Source: Octopus vulgaris
Lineage: Eukaryota
Assembly: GCA_951406725.2 (NCBI GenBank)
Contig: OX597826.1
Location: 30,318,001 to 30,382,000 of the forward strand
Length of the DNA stretch: 64,000 bases
Reading direction: 5' to 3'
The notes beneath the pieces are model-generated. The model made no database searches, had not been told where the DNA came from, and saw only the letters and a list, made by a program, of their open reading frames with translations. Shown one piece after another: positions 27,935 through 43,979 of the stretch (positions are counted from its first letter, which is position 1; each line of letters starts with the position of its first letter). Both the position numbers and the translations under genes were made by a program.

Positions 27935-28359
27935 CGTGCGTGCATGCGTGGTGCGTGTGTGTGTGTTTATATGAATATAGGACACGTATTCTTCACGGCA
28001 TATGTTGTACAAAAGTGATTTAGGAAATTATTTTGTCTTAATTTTTTCGTCACATAATTTGTAGAAAACACAGCAACAATGGGAGGAACGAAGTAAGGTT
28101 TCCAGGATATACAACAATGTTAGCAATCTTTTGAGAATTGGTGTTTATATCGATCCAAAATATGGCAGCATTTTAGTTTTTTTCATTTTAATAACATGAC
28201 ATAATAGGAGAATACAAACTTCATTATTGTCATATTCAGTAATGGAGAATAAGAAAACGCCATTTTATTGTCGACATACAGACATACGTTAATCGTGTAA
28301 CAACATGATGTACACGTAAGCATGAACACACACGGGAACATGCATATGGTTGTAATACG

Positions 28360-28432
<73 letters not shown>

Positions 28433-28560
28433 TATATATAAATGTGTGTGTATATATGGATGTATATATGTATATATATATATAAAGATTATATATGCAT
28501 ATATATGTGTATATATATACATGTACATATATATGTGTGTATATATACCGTATATATATA

Positions 28561-28614
<54 letters not shown>

Positions 28615-29463
28615 GTACATACACACACGCTCACACATTATATATATACATATATATGTACGGATATGTACATAATTTATGCAGGCATACATATAACCAT
28701 GCATACATACACACTTATATATATATATATATATATATGCGTACTTATATCCAGGCATACATACACACACCTCAAACCAGAGTAGTGAATTCTCTGACCA
28801 TCCGCTTCACTCCATTTTGATGATAGCGACTTCATGAAGACGTACGTATGAGCGTGAATATATACATATGCTTTTATATGTGTGTGTATGTATGTGTATA
28901 TATATGTATCTATGTATATATGTATAAATATATAAGCATCTATTACATATACATATATCTATATGTATGTATATATATATATATATATATATTTCAATAT
29001 ATATATATATATGTATGCATATATATGTATTTGCGTGTGAGTGTGTGTGTATGTATGTTTGCATGTATGTATAAATACGCATATGTATATGTGTGTATGT
29101 GTGAGTTTCTCCATTATGGAAATAAGGACGTATGTTTAAAATGATTTTGAATGGCTGTACACATCTCTTATTTTCACGGGAATAATAACAAAAAAATTCA
29201 ACCAGAAGTATTAACTTGCACAACAACCTCAACATCAGCAGCAAATCCGTCATCATCCTCATCATCATCATCATTATCAGCAGCAGGGACAGCGGGAGTG
29301 GCAACAGCAACAGAACAAGATATTTACTGTCAATTTTACATCACATCTGAGAGCAACTTCCTGAAAACGCGAATAAAGCGAGCATCTTTACCGTTAATAC
29401 TTGCACGCAATTGTAAATATACGCTTACATATATGCATATGTAAATATACATATATGCACATG

Positions 29464-29548
<85 letters not shown>

Positions 29549-29926
29549 GTATATATATATATATACACAATTATACACACACACATATATATATGTATAT
29601 ACATACACCAATACACACATACCTCCAAATGCACAGTCATACACTCACACCACACACACATTCACACCACACAAGCACATTTTCCAAAATGTGAAAAACC
29701 GGCAGTATGACTGACACATAGATAGATACACATACATGTACACACACATACACACACACACACATACACTCACACCAGTACACACACGCGCTCTTCGGTT
29801 GCCACCTATGAATATACCTGAAGAATTGTAATACCGATCCATATGTTTGTTATTTTGCCAAACTGAGAAATCTTTTCGAAGCAGAGCAGAATAGCATCTT
29901 CTAAATTGACAATCAATCTGCAACTA

Positions 29927-30165
<239 letters not shown>

Positions 30166-30416
30166 AAAGAGAGAGAGAGAGACAGACAGACAAATGGACG
30201 GACGGACGGATGAATAGACAGACAGAGAAGAGGAGAGAAAGAGTGGAGAATTGATCTCGTGAAGGTATTTATAACATATCTGTTGAAACTGAAAGAACGT
30301 GAGGCAAAGGTGTCCTCGGGGATACTTGAACTCAGTGCACAAAGTGATGGATTGAACATCGCAACGTATTCTATGCGATGCTCTAAAATCTCTGCTATTC
30401 GGCCTACATCTGTCAC

Positions 30417-30505
<89 letters not shown>

Positions 30506-30512
30506 ATAATCA

Positions 30513-30597
<85 letters not shown>

Positions 30598-31232
30598 TAT
30601 ATCTATATGTGTGTGTGTGTGTGTGTGCGTGCGTGTGTGTGCGTGCGTGTGTGTGCGTATGCTAATGTGTCAGGATCTCACAGCAAGAGTGTAGAATGGC
30701 AAAAGTAATCAACATTTGACACTTTCTCATTTCTTTAAACCCAATTTTAATGTTTGAAATTCCGTCTATGGAGTCAACAAAATCATTTTATTCTTACAAC
30801 CACCACCACCACCACCACCACCACCATCATCGTCGTCGTTGTCGTCATCATCATCATCGTCATCGTTATTTTCATCGTCGTCGCCATCGTCATCATCATT
30901 GTCATGCTGACCATCTCCTTATTACCATCCTCCTTACGTAATCAAACGATAATTAATTATAATGAAACTTTACTAACGGCGCGAGTCATTAATATTTCGT
31001 TAGTTACCGTTTTCATGTTAAACACATTCAAGTAATTCTTCTCCATTTATCTATCATATTTCATTCACAGAAAATAATTATGTCCAGCTTCATCAACCAG
31101 AATTTATTGCCAAACCAATAAACTCTGATTTCTTTCAGACTTCCATGTTCTCTGATTCTATTTATTTAATTATATGTCTGTCTATTTATCTTTCTATTTA
31201 TCTTTCTATTCCTCTCTCTGTCAGACTGTCAA

Positions 31233-31305
<73 letters not shown>

Positions 31306-31342
31306 TTATCTATCTGTCTGTCACTCTATCTGTCTGACTCTG

Positions 31343-31475
<133 letters not shown>

Positions 31476-31513
31476 GGCTATCAAGCTATCTTTCTGCCTG
31501 TCTGATTGTCTGC

Positions 31514-31566
<53 letters not shown>

Positions 31567-31576
31567 CATCCATCCA

Positions 31577-32292
31577 GGCCGAGGAAGGGCGAATGGCACC
31601 GCGAGTGTCGCGTTGCTCTCAAACAACTCTGCCGTCCCGGGTCGACCTTGAGTGACTCCAACACAACCCAAGCATTCTATAGGGGATTAGTGGAGGGGAG
31701 GTACGACGACGAGTTCGGGGCGAACCTGGACGTCGACGAGGAATACCTGACCCGGCTGTTCAGGACGACTTTCGGGCCAGGGCCCATGGACAACTTCCAG
31801 AGATCTCTGGCCTGGCAGTGCTACCAAGAAGCGCTACCCGTTCGGGGTAAGCTCTACAGACACGGCTCGAGAAACACGGGGCCGACCTGCCCGAGATGCG
31901 GGCAGAGCGACGAAACCGTTCTGCACGCAATCGTGCAGTGTCCAACAATTTCCGACCTGTGGGCTTATGTCGAACAACTGCTGTCACATGTGGGACGAGT
32001 CGGTTTATCAGCCGAGTCTATCGTCAATATTGTCACGCCTCCTTCCTTCAAACGGGAAGGAAGAGCTATTTTCATCATCCTTGTGGCTATGGCGAAAGAA
32101 TGTATCTGGTGGACGCGTCTGAAAGGATTGGAGACAAACACTTTCCTCTCTGGTCAATCTCTCATCAACTTCTTCAAGTATCACTTGAAAAGGAAAGTGA
32201 GAGTAGAGAGGCAAGTTTTGTCTTGCGAATGTTTTAAAAATAGATGGGGGAATGTAGCAAGGATGGCACGTATGAATGACGAAGCCACCTGA
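31577..32292 (+). CDS. LINE ORF2 C-terminus (zf-RVT CCHC), partial
   Basis: Uninterrupted frame with [11 protein letters not shown]...[18 protein letters not shown]...LW...AKECIWWTR. The upstream part of the ORF-track entry is microsatellite. Confidence 0.85.
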
Positions 32293-32674
32293 ACCCGGAA
32301 ATTTAAAACAGAGGGTTACCCACTTGCAAACAAATGTGGTAACATGCAACAATATGGACCGAGGTTACCGTGGTCTTTTCTGTAGGCTTTTCTTCCCACG
32401 GATAAACCTTATCTGCTTCCCCCTTTACACCTTACATCTTGACACTGTGATACACGATCCCAATTGATCGTTTTTTTCCCTTTCTTTCCTTTTTTCTGTT
32501 TTTTCTTTTTTCTTTTTTTTTCATTTCTTTTCCCTTTTTCTTTTTTTTCTTCTTTCCCTTTTAGGATCCCTTTTGATCGAAAACATACCCCACTTTTTTC
32601 TTTTCCCAAAAAAGAAAAGCTCTACTTTGTAATCTGTCCCGTCTGTGTGCAACCCTGTGTGGCTAATAAAGAAA
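31577..32674 (+). mobile_element. 5'-truncated Tx1/L1-clade LINE
   Basis: GC-rich insert in (ATCT)/(ATCC)n; T-rich 3' UTR; aataaa at 32665-32670; candidate TSD catcca at 31571-31576 and 32675-32680. Confidence 0.9.
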
Positions 32675-32763
32675 CATCCACCCATCTATCTATCTGCCTA
32701 TCAAGCTGTTTAAACACACATTCATATATACCTGTCTGTACATTAATCTCTGTATTTGCATGT

Positions 32764-32817
<54 letters not shown>

Positions 32818-33169
32818 CGTGTGAGCGTGTGCATATGTATGCATATATATATAGTTATATATATAAATGTATATGCATATTAATGTATATATATATATAT
32901 GTATATATGTATGTATGTGTATATATATATGTATGTATATATTTTTATATGTACCTACACACACATACATATACATACACATACACTTATATGAGTCAGG
33001 TTTCTGTTAGAAGCGTGCACAACTTTAAGTCGCATAGGCGCGAATCAAACCGTTTTAGATAAGCATAATATGATAATCTATGTACATCCTATTAAATGTT
33101 TTGAGTGCCATTTCCTTTCGTTTATCCACTCACTCGTATACATGTATACCATATCACCAAAACTGAAGT

Positions 33170-33360
33170 CCTTAACCGCAGCAAAGATACCTAGCAGCGT
33201 CGTCTGCGCTGGCTCGGTCTTATCGCACGCCGGACGGGACGATCCCAAAAGACGTGCTGTGTTGGGAATTGGTCACCGGCACAAGGACACAAGGATGACC
33301 TCATCTTCGTTTCAAAGATGTCTGCAAGAAAGATATGATGTCGCTTAATCTGGACGTCTG
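33170..33360 (+). pseudogene. RTE-clade LINE ORF C-terminal fragment
   Basis: QRRLRWLG...DGTIPKDVLCWELVTGTRTQG*PHLRFKDVCKKDM, the typical RTE C-terminal motif. Confidence 0.85.
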
Positions 33361-33399
33361 TATGTATTTATGTATGTACGTTTGTATGTATATATACGT

Positions 33400-33632
33400 A
33401 TGTGTGTGTATATATTTATGTTTGTGTCTGTGTTTATCCCCCGACCACCACCATCGCTTGGCAACCGATGCTGGTGTGTTTATGTCCTCGTATCTTAGCA
33501 GTTCGGCAAAAGAAACCAATTTAATAAGTACTCGGCTTACAAAGAATAACTCCTGGGATCGATTTCTTCAACTTGAAGGCGGTGCCCCAGTATGGCCGCA
33601 GTAAAATGACGGAAACAGGTAAATGAATAAAG
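33400..33632 (+). mobile_element. SINE family A, 3' half
   Basis: caaccgatgctggtgtgtttatgtcc...aaggcggtgccccagtatggccgcagt. Confidence 0.85.
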
Positions 33633-33706
33633 TATATGTTATAGATAGATTGAAAGATAGGTAGATAGATTGATAGATAGTTAGAATTATAGGTCTACAT
33701 GCATGC

Positions 33707-33737
<31 letters not shown>

Positions 33738-33757
33738 TATAACTATATATTTATGTC

Positions 33758-33790
<33 letters not shown>

Positions 33791-34151
33791 ATACATATAT
33801 ATGCACATGTAAATATATATGTACCCACACATACAGGACTAATGTCTACGTCTTTTGTCGTTTTAGCCAAACACATTTTTGTGTGTTTTTAGAGATAAGA
33901 TGATAAAGGCAATAAATATGAATAAAATACTTGTCGATAATTTATTTCTATTTAATCTGATAAAATAGATTATCGACAGCAATAACAACAAACACAACTA
34001 CAATAAATGTTTGAATAACATTGTTTAAAGTAACAGTAAAATGTTAGTTTTGTATGACCGACCGCCATGTCTAGACAAACACAGAGCAAAATTGGTCGCG
34101 AGTAATTGCTTCAAGGTAGGTTGTGGCTTTTTTGTAATACTTTCCACTGCA

Positions 34152-34528
34152 GGCAGTAGTTGCAGCAGTAGCAGCAGCAGTAGCAGCAGCAGTAGCAGCA
34201 GTAGTAGTAGTCACACAATCATTGGTAGTAGTAACCGTAGTATCTGTAGTAGCAGCGGCACCTGTAGTAGTAGTAGTGGTGGTGGTGATGGTGGTGGTGG
34301 TAGTGGTGGTTGTGGTGGTGGTTGTGGTGGTGGTGATAGTGGTGCTGGTGATAGTGGCACTGGTGATAGTGGTGGTAGTGGTGATGGTGGTGATGGTGTT
34401 GGTATTGGTGGTGGTGGTGGTGGTAGCAAGGACAGTGATGGTGATGACGATAATGATAGAAGTATCCATGATCATCATCATCATATCATCATCATCATCG
34501 TAATCATCATCATCATCATCATCATTAT
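34152..34528. repeat. Trinucleotide mosaic (CAG/TAG/GGT/GAT/CAT)n
   Basis: Low-complexity tract, open in several frames on both strands. Confidence 0.85.
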
Positions 34529-35093
34529 CAGAAGTATGCGGTGGCAGTGGGGGGGGGGTCACCAAGCGCTCGCACACGCACGGGCGTGTGCAAATAGGAA
34601 TATTGAAAGCTGTGGTGACCTTCGCTCTAATGTAATAAGAGTTTGATATGTTAATGACGAGCAAAGACAGATCTGCCAAATTCTTCGTTCTGCATTTCCA
34701 ACATGCATTTAACACGTTTATTGTGAAGCAATATAGAATCGCAGCGAAACAGCAAGCGAAAGTTCACACAGCATGAAATTAATGGATACACACACAAACA
34801 CACACACACACACACACATGTGGTATTGTGCGCATATACATTTATATTTCTCTATATGTGTGTGTATATGCATGTTTGCATTTAAAGTCGAGTTTATGCT
34901 TAATAGGAACTTTAATGGCATAATCTCACCGTTCTAGGAGGCCCTGCAAAGGGCACCGTTTGTATTACCTTTTATTCCAAACCCAGCAAGAATTAAGTGT
35001 AGAACATGTGCAAGTGATGTGCAACTTGGTTGCATCTGATTGGATCAATTAGTATGTATGTATTCATGGATGCATGTATACATACATACACAC

Positions 35094-35125
<32 letters not shown>

Positions 35126-35354
35126 GGCGGGCGAGGTGTCTATATGTGTATGTGTATGTATGTAACTGTGTATGCGTGTAACTGTGCATGTATGGATGCA
35201 TGTATATATATGTGTGTATATGTGTGTAATGCATATATGCATGTATGGTTTCATGCTTGCATCCATACATACATGTGTGTGTGAACTTTGATATTGCTCA
35301 TTATCTAAGCACAAGTGCAGTAATTTTAAAAGAATCATGGTTTAGTCAACAAAA

Positions 35355-35437
35355 ACTAAGTACCAGCCAAGTACTGAGGCCGCTGTACTCGACTGGACCT
35401 TCGGACAAAATTTCAAGCCTTGTGCCTATAGTAGAAA
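35355..35437 (+). mobile_element. SINE family B 3' end with (ATT)n tail
   Basis: taagtaccag...aaatttcaagccttgtgcctatagtagaaatg, then (ATT)n at 35438-35499. Confidence 0.7.
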
Positions 35438-35439
35438 TG

Positions 35440-37011
<1,572 letters not shown>

Positions 37012-37020
37012 TTATTATTA

Positions 37021-37078
<58 letters not shown>

Positions 37079-38017
37079 CATCATCATCATCATCATCATC
37101 AACAACATCATTATTATGACCACGTCAGTTTTCTGCCACTGAAGTATACAGGGCTAAACTTCATCCGTGAAATTATATCTTCGCCTCCTACAATTTTGCA
37201 TACATTTTCCATTTCCCCCATGGCCCTTACCACATTTATTCAACACCTCAATATTGCAATATACAATTTTGCTATATGACTATGATATTATCTAATAACA
37301 CCCTAATATACCGCTATTATGATGTTATATTCACCATAATAGCTCAACCACACATTTTTGAAAATACAGTAATATTGCTTCTGCATGTTGCTTTTCTTTG
37401 ACGAAATACCACTGTCCGAAACGTTAAATTCTCATCTCTTTCTTCCTTACAATGTAAAATTAACTACTTTGTACACGTATTTTGTTTGGATTTCTACATT
37501 CTGTTTCGATGGTGGTGGTCGTTTGTGGGATCTTCTCTGATATTTGATAGTCTGTCGAACACTTGGCCTTCGGATATGCAGTCTCGAACTGATATAACTT
37601 ACGCAGATTAAAATTTTAAATATCTAAGACAATTTTTCGTCACAAAGAAATCATCTGAGTTAGAGAAAATGTGTGTGCTGAGAGAGAGACTGACGCACAG
37701 AAGGAGAGACAGAGAGAGGGGAGAGGGAGAGAGAGAAAGACGGAGAGTGTGTATGTGCTTGGTGTGGGTTTCTCTGTTAGTCTTTCTGTGTGCGACTTAA
37801 TACTGTGAGTGTTATGTGTACGCTTGTTGGTAAAAGCACCCGTGTCTTTCCGTAACTTAATTAACCAAGTACGTTTGGTGTTATTGAAATGAAAGCGGTA
37901 CCTCTACAAAGTACAATCAAATTAACTCGATGGAAAATGTGTGATTTTAAAAATAAACTACGATGAATTCTCCTCTTGGGAAGTTGAATGCTTCTTGTTG
38001 AGTGCTTTTTATTATAT

Positions 38018-38116
38018 TCTTCTTCTTCTTCTTCTTCTTCTTCTTCTTCTTCTTCTTCTTCTTCTTCTTCTTCTTCTTCTTCTTCTTCTTCTTCTTCTTC
38101 TTCTTCTTCTTCTTCT

Positions 38117-38151
<35 letters not shown>

Positions 38152-38153
38152 TT

Positions 38154-38218
<65 letters not shown>

Positions 38219-38235
38219 CGTTGTTGTTGTTGTTG
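38018..38235. repeat. (CTT)n + (ATT)n + (GTT)n compound microsatellite
   Basis: Direct reading. Confidence 0.95.
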
Positions 38236-38336
38236 CTTTCAGATGAAAATTAAATGAACTTGATGCTCTTCGAAGACGAAAGAGATATGTGTGTGTGGAG
38301 GAATGTTTGTGTATATATATATATACACATACGCCA

Positions 38337-38380
<44 letters not shown>

Positions 38381-38559
38381 ACGCACGCACACACACATAT
38401 ATATATATGTAAGCATATACAAACATAATATATATATATATATATTATATATTATATGGATATATATATATTATATATATTATATGGATATATATATATA
38501 TACATACAAGTGTATATATACATAGATACATGCACATATTTGTATATATATAAATGAGC

Positions 38560-38805
38560 AAACACAGACACACAGACACAAATACACGCGCGTGCAAGCA
38601 CACAAATTCATACATACACACACGCAAACACACACACACACACACTCACATATGACGGCCTTCTTCACTGTTTCCCCTCAACCAGTTTCATGAGTTGGTG
38701 AGCCTGGGATTATACTAGAAAATACTTGCCCAAGATACCCCGCAGAGGAAATGAACACGAAACGACGTGGTTGCAAATTCTTACCCACAAGCACATGTCT
38801 GCGTC
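38560..38805 (-). mobile_element. SINE family A, 5' half, diverged
   Basis: atgacggccttcttc...agaaaatacttgcccaaga...ttcttacccac. Confidence 0.65.
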
Positions 38806-39002
38806 TATATACACACATACATACCTGCATACATACATAAGTATTTACGAGCATGTCTAGATATACAAGTATACGAATGATGGATGAATGGATAGCTAGA
38901 TACGTTCAAACACACACACAATACATATATACCATACAAATATGTATATATATATATATATCGCAAATGAAAGGCAGAATATGGAATATACGAGAATTTA
39001 TT

Positions 39003-39114
39003 GTTAATTACGACAATTGTTTCGACACATCTAGCATCGATTCCTCTTGGGTAGGATACTCAATAACTGGTTCAGGGGCATCCGGTGGTGCAGATGTATC
39101 TCGTCGGGTGTTAA
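39003..39114 (-). ncRNA. Type I hammerhead motif (U4>C variant) in a (TA)n-bounded element (~38962-39270)
   Basis: Minus: ttaacac CCGACGA gatacatct...agatgtgtc GAAA caatt GTC gtaattaa. 9-bp stem II; palindromic caattg stem III. Confidence 0.7.
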
Positions 39115-39269
39115 GTAAACACAACTCGTTAAAATGACTGTTCCGCAATGTAACATTCCATTTTGTAGAGAGAAAAGCAGCTAGGCGGGGGAAATATGTT
39201 TATATAGAAGATCAAAAATAAAATCCAAGATGGCAAAAAGAGAAAGGAGCACGCAATCCAGCGAGAAAA

Positions 39270-39329
<60 letters not shown>

Positions 39330-39674
39330 TCTCTTTTTATAGCTACTGCTTTGGTTATAAATATAATATGTCATGCCTTGATATTGTATTGAGAGTTTGA
39401 GGGATCTCTCAATAGGTCCCTACTCAGAACACCCAGATATTAAAACATTAAAAACGTACGATATACAAAATAGTAACTCCAGTTTTCTGTTCCTACTGGG
39501 CATGTCGAGTATATAAACAGATTGGCTATGCGTTTCTAAGTCAAATTGATGTAGATCCCTCTGATAAGAACCCCATAAGGTTTAAAAACCGATTCAATGT
39601 ATTCGTAATTTTTTATTCGTTCTCTTTTTCTCTGTCTACGGAGAAATAGTTAAATTTGGCCTCTGTATATATAT

Positions 39675-39888
39675 TTTTCTACTCTAGGCACAAGGCCCAA
39701 ATATTTGTGGGGAGGGGGCCATGCGATTAGATGGACCCCAGCACGTAACTGGTACTTAATTTATCGACCCCGAAAGGATGAAAGGCAAAGTCGACCCCGG
39801 CGGAATTTGAAATAAAAACGTAAAGGCAGATGAAATACCGCTAAGCATTTCCCTCGGCGTGCCAACGTTTCTGCCAGCTCACCACCTT
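39675..39888 (-). mobile_element. SINE family B, monomer
   Basis: tttctactctaggcacaagg...atcgaccccgaaaggatgaaaggcaaagtcgacc...ctgccagctcaccacc. Confidence 0.92.
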
Positions 39889-39949
39889 TATATACTTCTG
39901 TGTATATCTACTGCAAAGGTTACATATATATACACAAGTATGCAAGCAT

Positions 39950-40326
39950 GTGTACACCAGGCACATGCATCACAACCATATGTGCGCGACATGGTGATGT
40001 CATCAAGATAAACAGCGCATGACCTTGCAGGTGGGGCCCAGTTAGAATTTTCTTCAGGTTGAGTAGCCCAACCCTCTCCAAATGTCCCTGAAAAAGGTTC
40101 GTTTTAGGATGATGAACGAAACACCCATGTTTCCAGAGGTGAATTATTCAAACCCTAAACAATTCCTTTCAACACATGGCTATGATGCTCCCCCACTACT
40201 GCTCTTGATCAGAGATGCACATATCGTCAGCCACTAAGGGACATGCTCGAATGATTAAGGTCAAACAACTGCCAATCAAATCAGTGTTATTGAGTAGAAT
40301 ATTTGCTGCAGACCATCTCTTATACC
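39950..40326 (-). mobile_element. Unclassified retroposon family E
   Basis: Matches 55981-56125 and 59408-59690 (gtacaccaggcacatgcatcaca...). The 59408 copy ends in (AAT)n on the minus strand. Confidence 0.7.
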
Positions 40327-41244
40327 AAGTATGTATGTATATTTGGTGGGGATTTGTGAGTATCGTTTTGTGTGCCTATGTTTTTGTGCGTCTCTATGTG
40401 GATGTATAGATGCATGTGTTCGTTAGTGTATGGGGTTTGTTAAGCATGTGTATTGTGTACTTTTGTGTATATATAAACGTATAAAAAAAAGACTTATTTT
40501 TGTCTCTGTCTGGATCTCTATGAATATCATTGTGGGGTTGGATGTTGATGTTTATAGATATGCGCATGCGTATATTTATCTTTAATGAGACGAGTGTTAA
40601 AAAAAAGAAAAACACAATAAGAAGACAAACAACAATCTTTAAATGTAGTTTATATATATAGAATCTTGAATAAACATTAAATTTAACGTTTCCAACAATC
40701 AGATCACGTGATTGCATCTATGGTATTTAAATATCAGGTGATTTAGAAGTGCCTGCCACTGACGTTGCCAACATCGCCCCCCACATTCAGACACACCACC
40801 ACCGCCGCCACCGCCACCACCGCCACCACTTCCATCGCCACCGCTACCACTCACAGACAACGCAAGTTTCGAAACAGATTTGAACTCTTTCTTTTAATCA
40901 ACCTGAATATCCAAATCCGTAAAACATATGTTAAAACGATCCGATTGCTATCAGACTTATATTTTGTTATCATATTCACTTATCTCCACCAGGCACCCAG
41001 CTGGTAGAATCTTTGGCGTGTCGAACAAAATGCTTTGCAGCAATTCTTTCTGTTTACCTTTTGAGTTCAAATCCTACAGAGGTCGTTGTAATCGACTTGG
41101 CCCCTCCCCATCGAAATTGCTGGACATGTCCCTGCAACACGTGGCATCTCGTTCAGGAATATGTTGTGATCTCGCACACTCATATACCTTAGAAACTGGA
41201 TAACTACTCTTATTAGACCCATGGTTCAATGAATATATCGTTTG

Positions 41245-41450
41245 TCCTTTAATTGTTTCAGTTATTAGACTGAGGCCATGCTGGGGCACCGCCTTGAAGA
41301 AAGTTTATTCGAATGAATCGATGCCCATACTTATTTCCTTAAAAAACCTGATACATATTACATCGGTATCGTTTTGCTGAATCGCTATGTTACGGGGCCG
41401 TAAACATGCCACCATCTGTTGTCAAGCGGTGGCGGGGTACAAACACAAGC

Positions 41451-41519
<69 letters not shown>

Positions 41520-41683
41520 CATACAACAGGCTTCTTTCAGTTGTCGTGTACCAAATCCACCCAGAAGAATTTGGTCAGAATTTGGTAGAAAACATTTGCC
41601 CAAAAGATGGCACGCACTGGGACTGAACACAAAACCCTGGGACTGAGAAGTAAACTTTTTACTACAAAGCCACGCCTGCGACC
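41245..41683 (-). mobile_element. SINE family A, full length, diverged
   Basis: gtttcagtt...ggccatgctggggcaccgcc...ctgggactgaac...agccacgcctgcg. Confidence 0.85.
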
Positions 41684-41715
41684 ATATTATACATACATAC
41701 ACACACACACACGTA

Positions 41716-41800
<85 letters not shown>

Positions 41801-41849
41801 ATAAATATATATATATATATTTAAATATATAACATTTTTTGATGGCCCC

Positions 41850-41909
41850 GATAACTGAAGAGATGCCAGCGTGGGTTTCCGTCCCGCATTCGAAACTTCG
41901 AGTTTTATT
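41850..41909 (+). ncRNA. Minimal type I hammerhead ribozyme, complete core
   Basis: gataa CTGAAGA gatgc..gcattc GAAA cttcga GTT ttatt. Stem I gataa/ttatt; stem II gatgc/gcattc with one bulge; near-palindromic stem III; GUU cleavage triplet at 41902-41904. Confidence 0.8.
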
Positions 41910-41938
41910 ATTGCTACCGAATAATTGTCACATATTAT

Positions 41939-41988
<50 letters not shown>

Positions 41989-41989
41989 G

Positions 41990-42024
<35 letters not shown>

Positions 42025-42784
42025 TTAAATATATAATTTATTATGCAAGTATAAAAATTTGAAATATGTGTCTTTGAGAGAAGATATAGGTAAAACTATG
42101 AACGATAAGTATCTTAGACGCCTTTCCCGAGAGTATCAACGACTTAAGCGAAGAACAAGTTTGGTAAATTACAAGATTTTATGAAAATCTTCTGTCTCTC
42201 ATGGCCGCATTTACAAAAAGCTGCTCTATAAAACTTGTATATATTTCTGGGTGTATGAGAAAGTGGTAAGTGTTGAGCTTGGGTTTACATGTTTGTCGAT
42301 AGATGTGTATACACACATGTCAGTAACAAGCAAAACAGAATGGTCTTAACACATTTATTCTCTTCCTTTCTCTGTTTCTTTCTCTCTCTCTCTTACTCTC
42401 TATCTCTCTCCCTTTCTCTCTCTCTCTTACTCTCTTCCGCCAATACACATACAAACAAACAAACGCGTACCTGGTCGTTTGTGTATATTTATTAAAATAC
42501 GTTTTTTAAGTTCGTATACCAAGTACATACATCGACATGCATATGTGTGTGTGCGTCTATTTGTACATAAATACGTACATACACATATATACTAAATAGT
42601 ATACATTATATATGCATTAATGTATGTGTATATCCACACACACCCACACACACATATATGCATGTGTATATGCATGTATATATATATAAATATATATACA
42701 CATATATATATACTCATAAATATAAAATATATAATATACATATGTGTATATATATAGCATAAAATATATATACATGTGTGTATA

Positions 42785-42835
<51 letters not shown>

Positions 42836-43237
42836 AGGTATGCACATATACATATGAGGCATTTGATGTCTGTAATGTCCATTAAAATTACACGTTACCC
42901 CTCAAGAAGATGGTTTGATAAATTTCATTATTTGTGTCATAGAGCAAGGAAAAAATATTTCAACACCAAACATTAATTTTTTTTATTTCCTTAACTTTTT
43001 GGAACTGAGACCATTCAATATCTTACCTACAACAAACACAAACATAGAAACGCACACGTACGCACGTGTGTACGTAGATATTTCACACACTGAGGCAAAC
43101 ATACATACGTACACACATACAACTATATATGCATACCATACATATATACGTCCATGCATACATATATGTACGAAAACACTTTCATATGTACATGTTTGTG
43201 TACATATATGTATGCGTGTATACATACATACATACAC

Positions 43238-43328
<91 letters not shown>

Positions 43329-43842
43329 TATTCCAAGAGAGTTAGAGGTTGTGAATGCAACCAACTAAGGGATAATATCTAGCCAATATACTGCTGGTAG
43401 AATATCCAATTATTAATACACAAGTGTTGTTTTCATTACATGGCAATTACACTACTGAATGTAATAAATGGGTGAGGGTAAAAAGTTGTGTTACCCTTAA
43501 TTTATACACCAATAAGAAAATGGAGGGGTTCAAGGTGTCGTATTCATCAACTTTTAGACGTTATATTATGTCTATTCATTAAAAAAACAATTATAATAAT
43601 ATATATACATGTATAACGTATTATGCTCTGCATGTTATATGTTCTACTTCCTATGGTCTACGTTATATATTTTAATAATTACTGGTATTTTTATATTTTA
43701 TATATTATATATGTAAAGCATAATATGCCATACATGTATGTATATTGTTATAATGTTTTTTTTTTTTTAAATAAATAGTCATAATATAATGTCTAATAGT
43801 TGATGAATACCACCTGTGATCACCTCCATTTTCTTATTGCTG

Positions 43843-43899
<57 letters not shown>

Positions 43900-43979
43900 C
43901 AGCAGCAGCAGCAGTGGCAGCAGCAGTGGCAGCAGCAGTGGCAGCAGCGGAAGCAGCAGCAGCAGCAGCAGTGGCAGCA

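Noticed and set aside
34041-34715. Ser/Gly-rich 201-aa and Thr-rich 214-aa ORFs, with an acceptor-like site near 34151
   Set aside because: Trinucleotide mosaic open on both strands, no domain and a weak donor; similar tracts occur elsewhere in the window.
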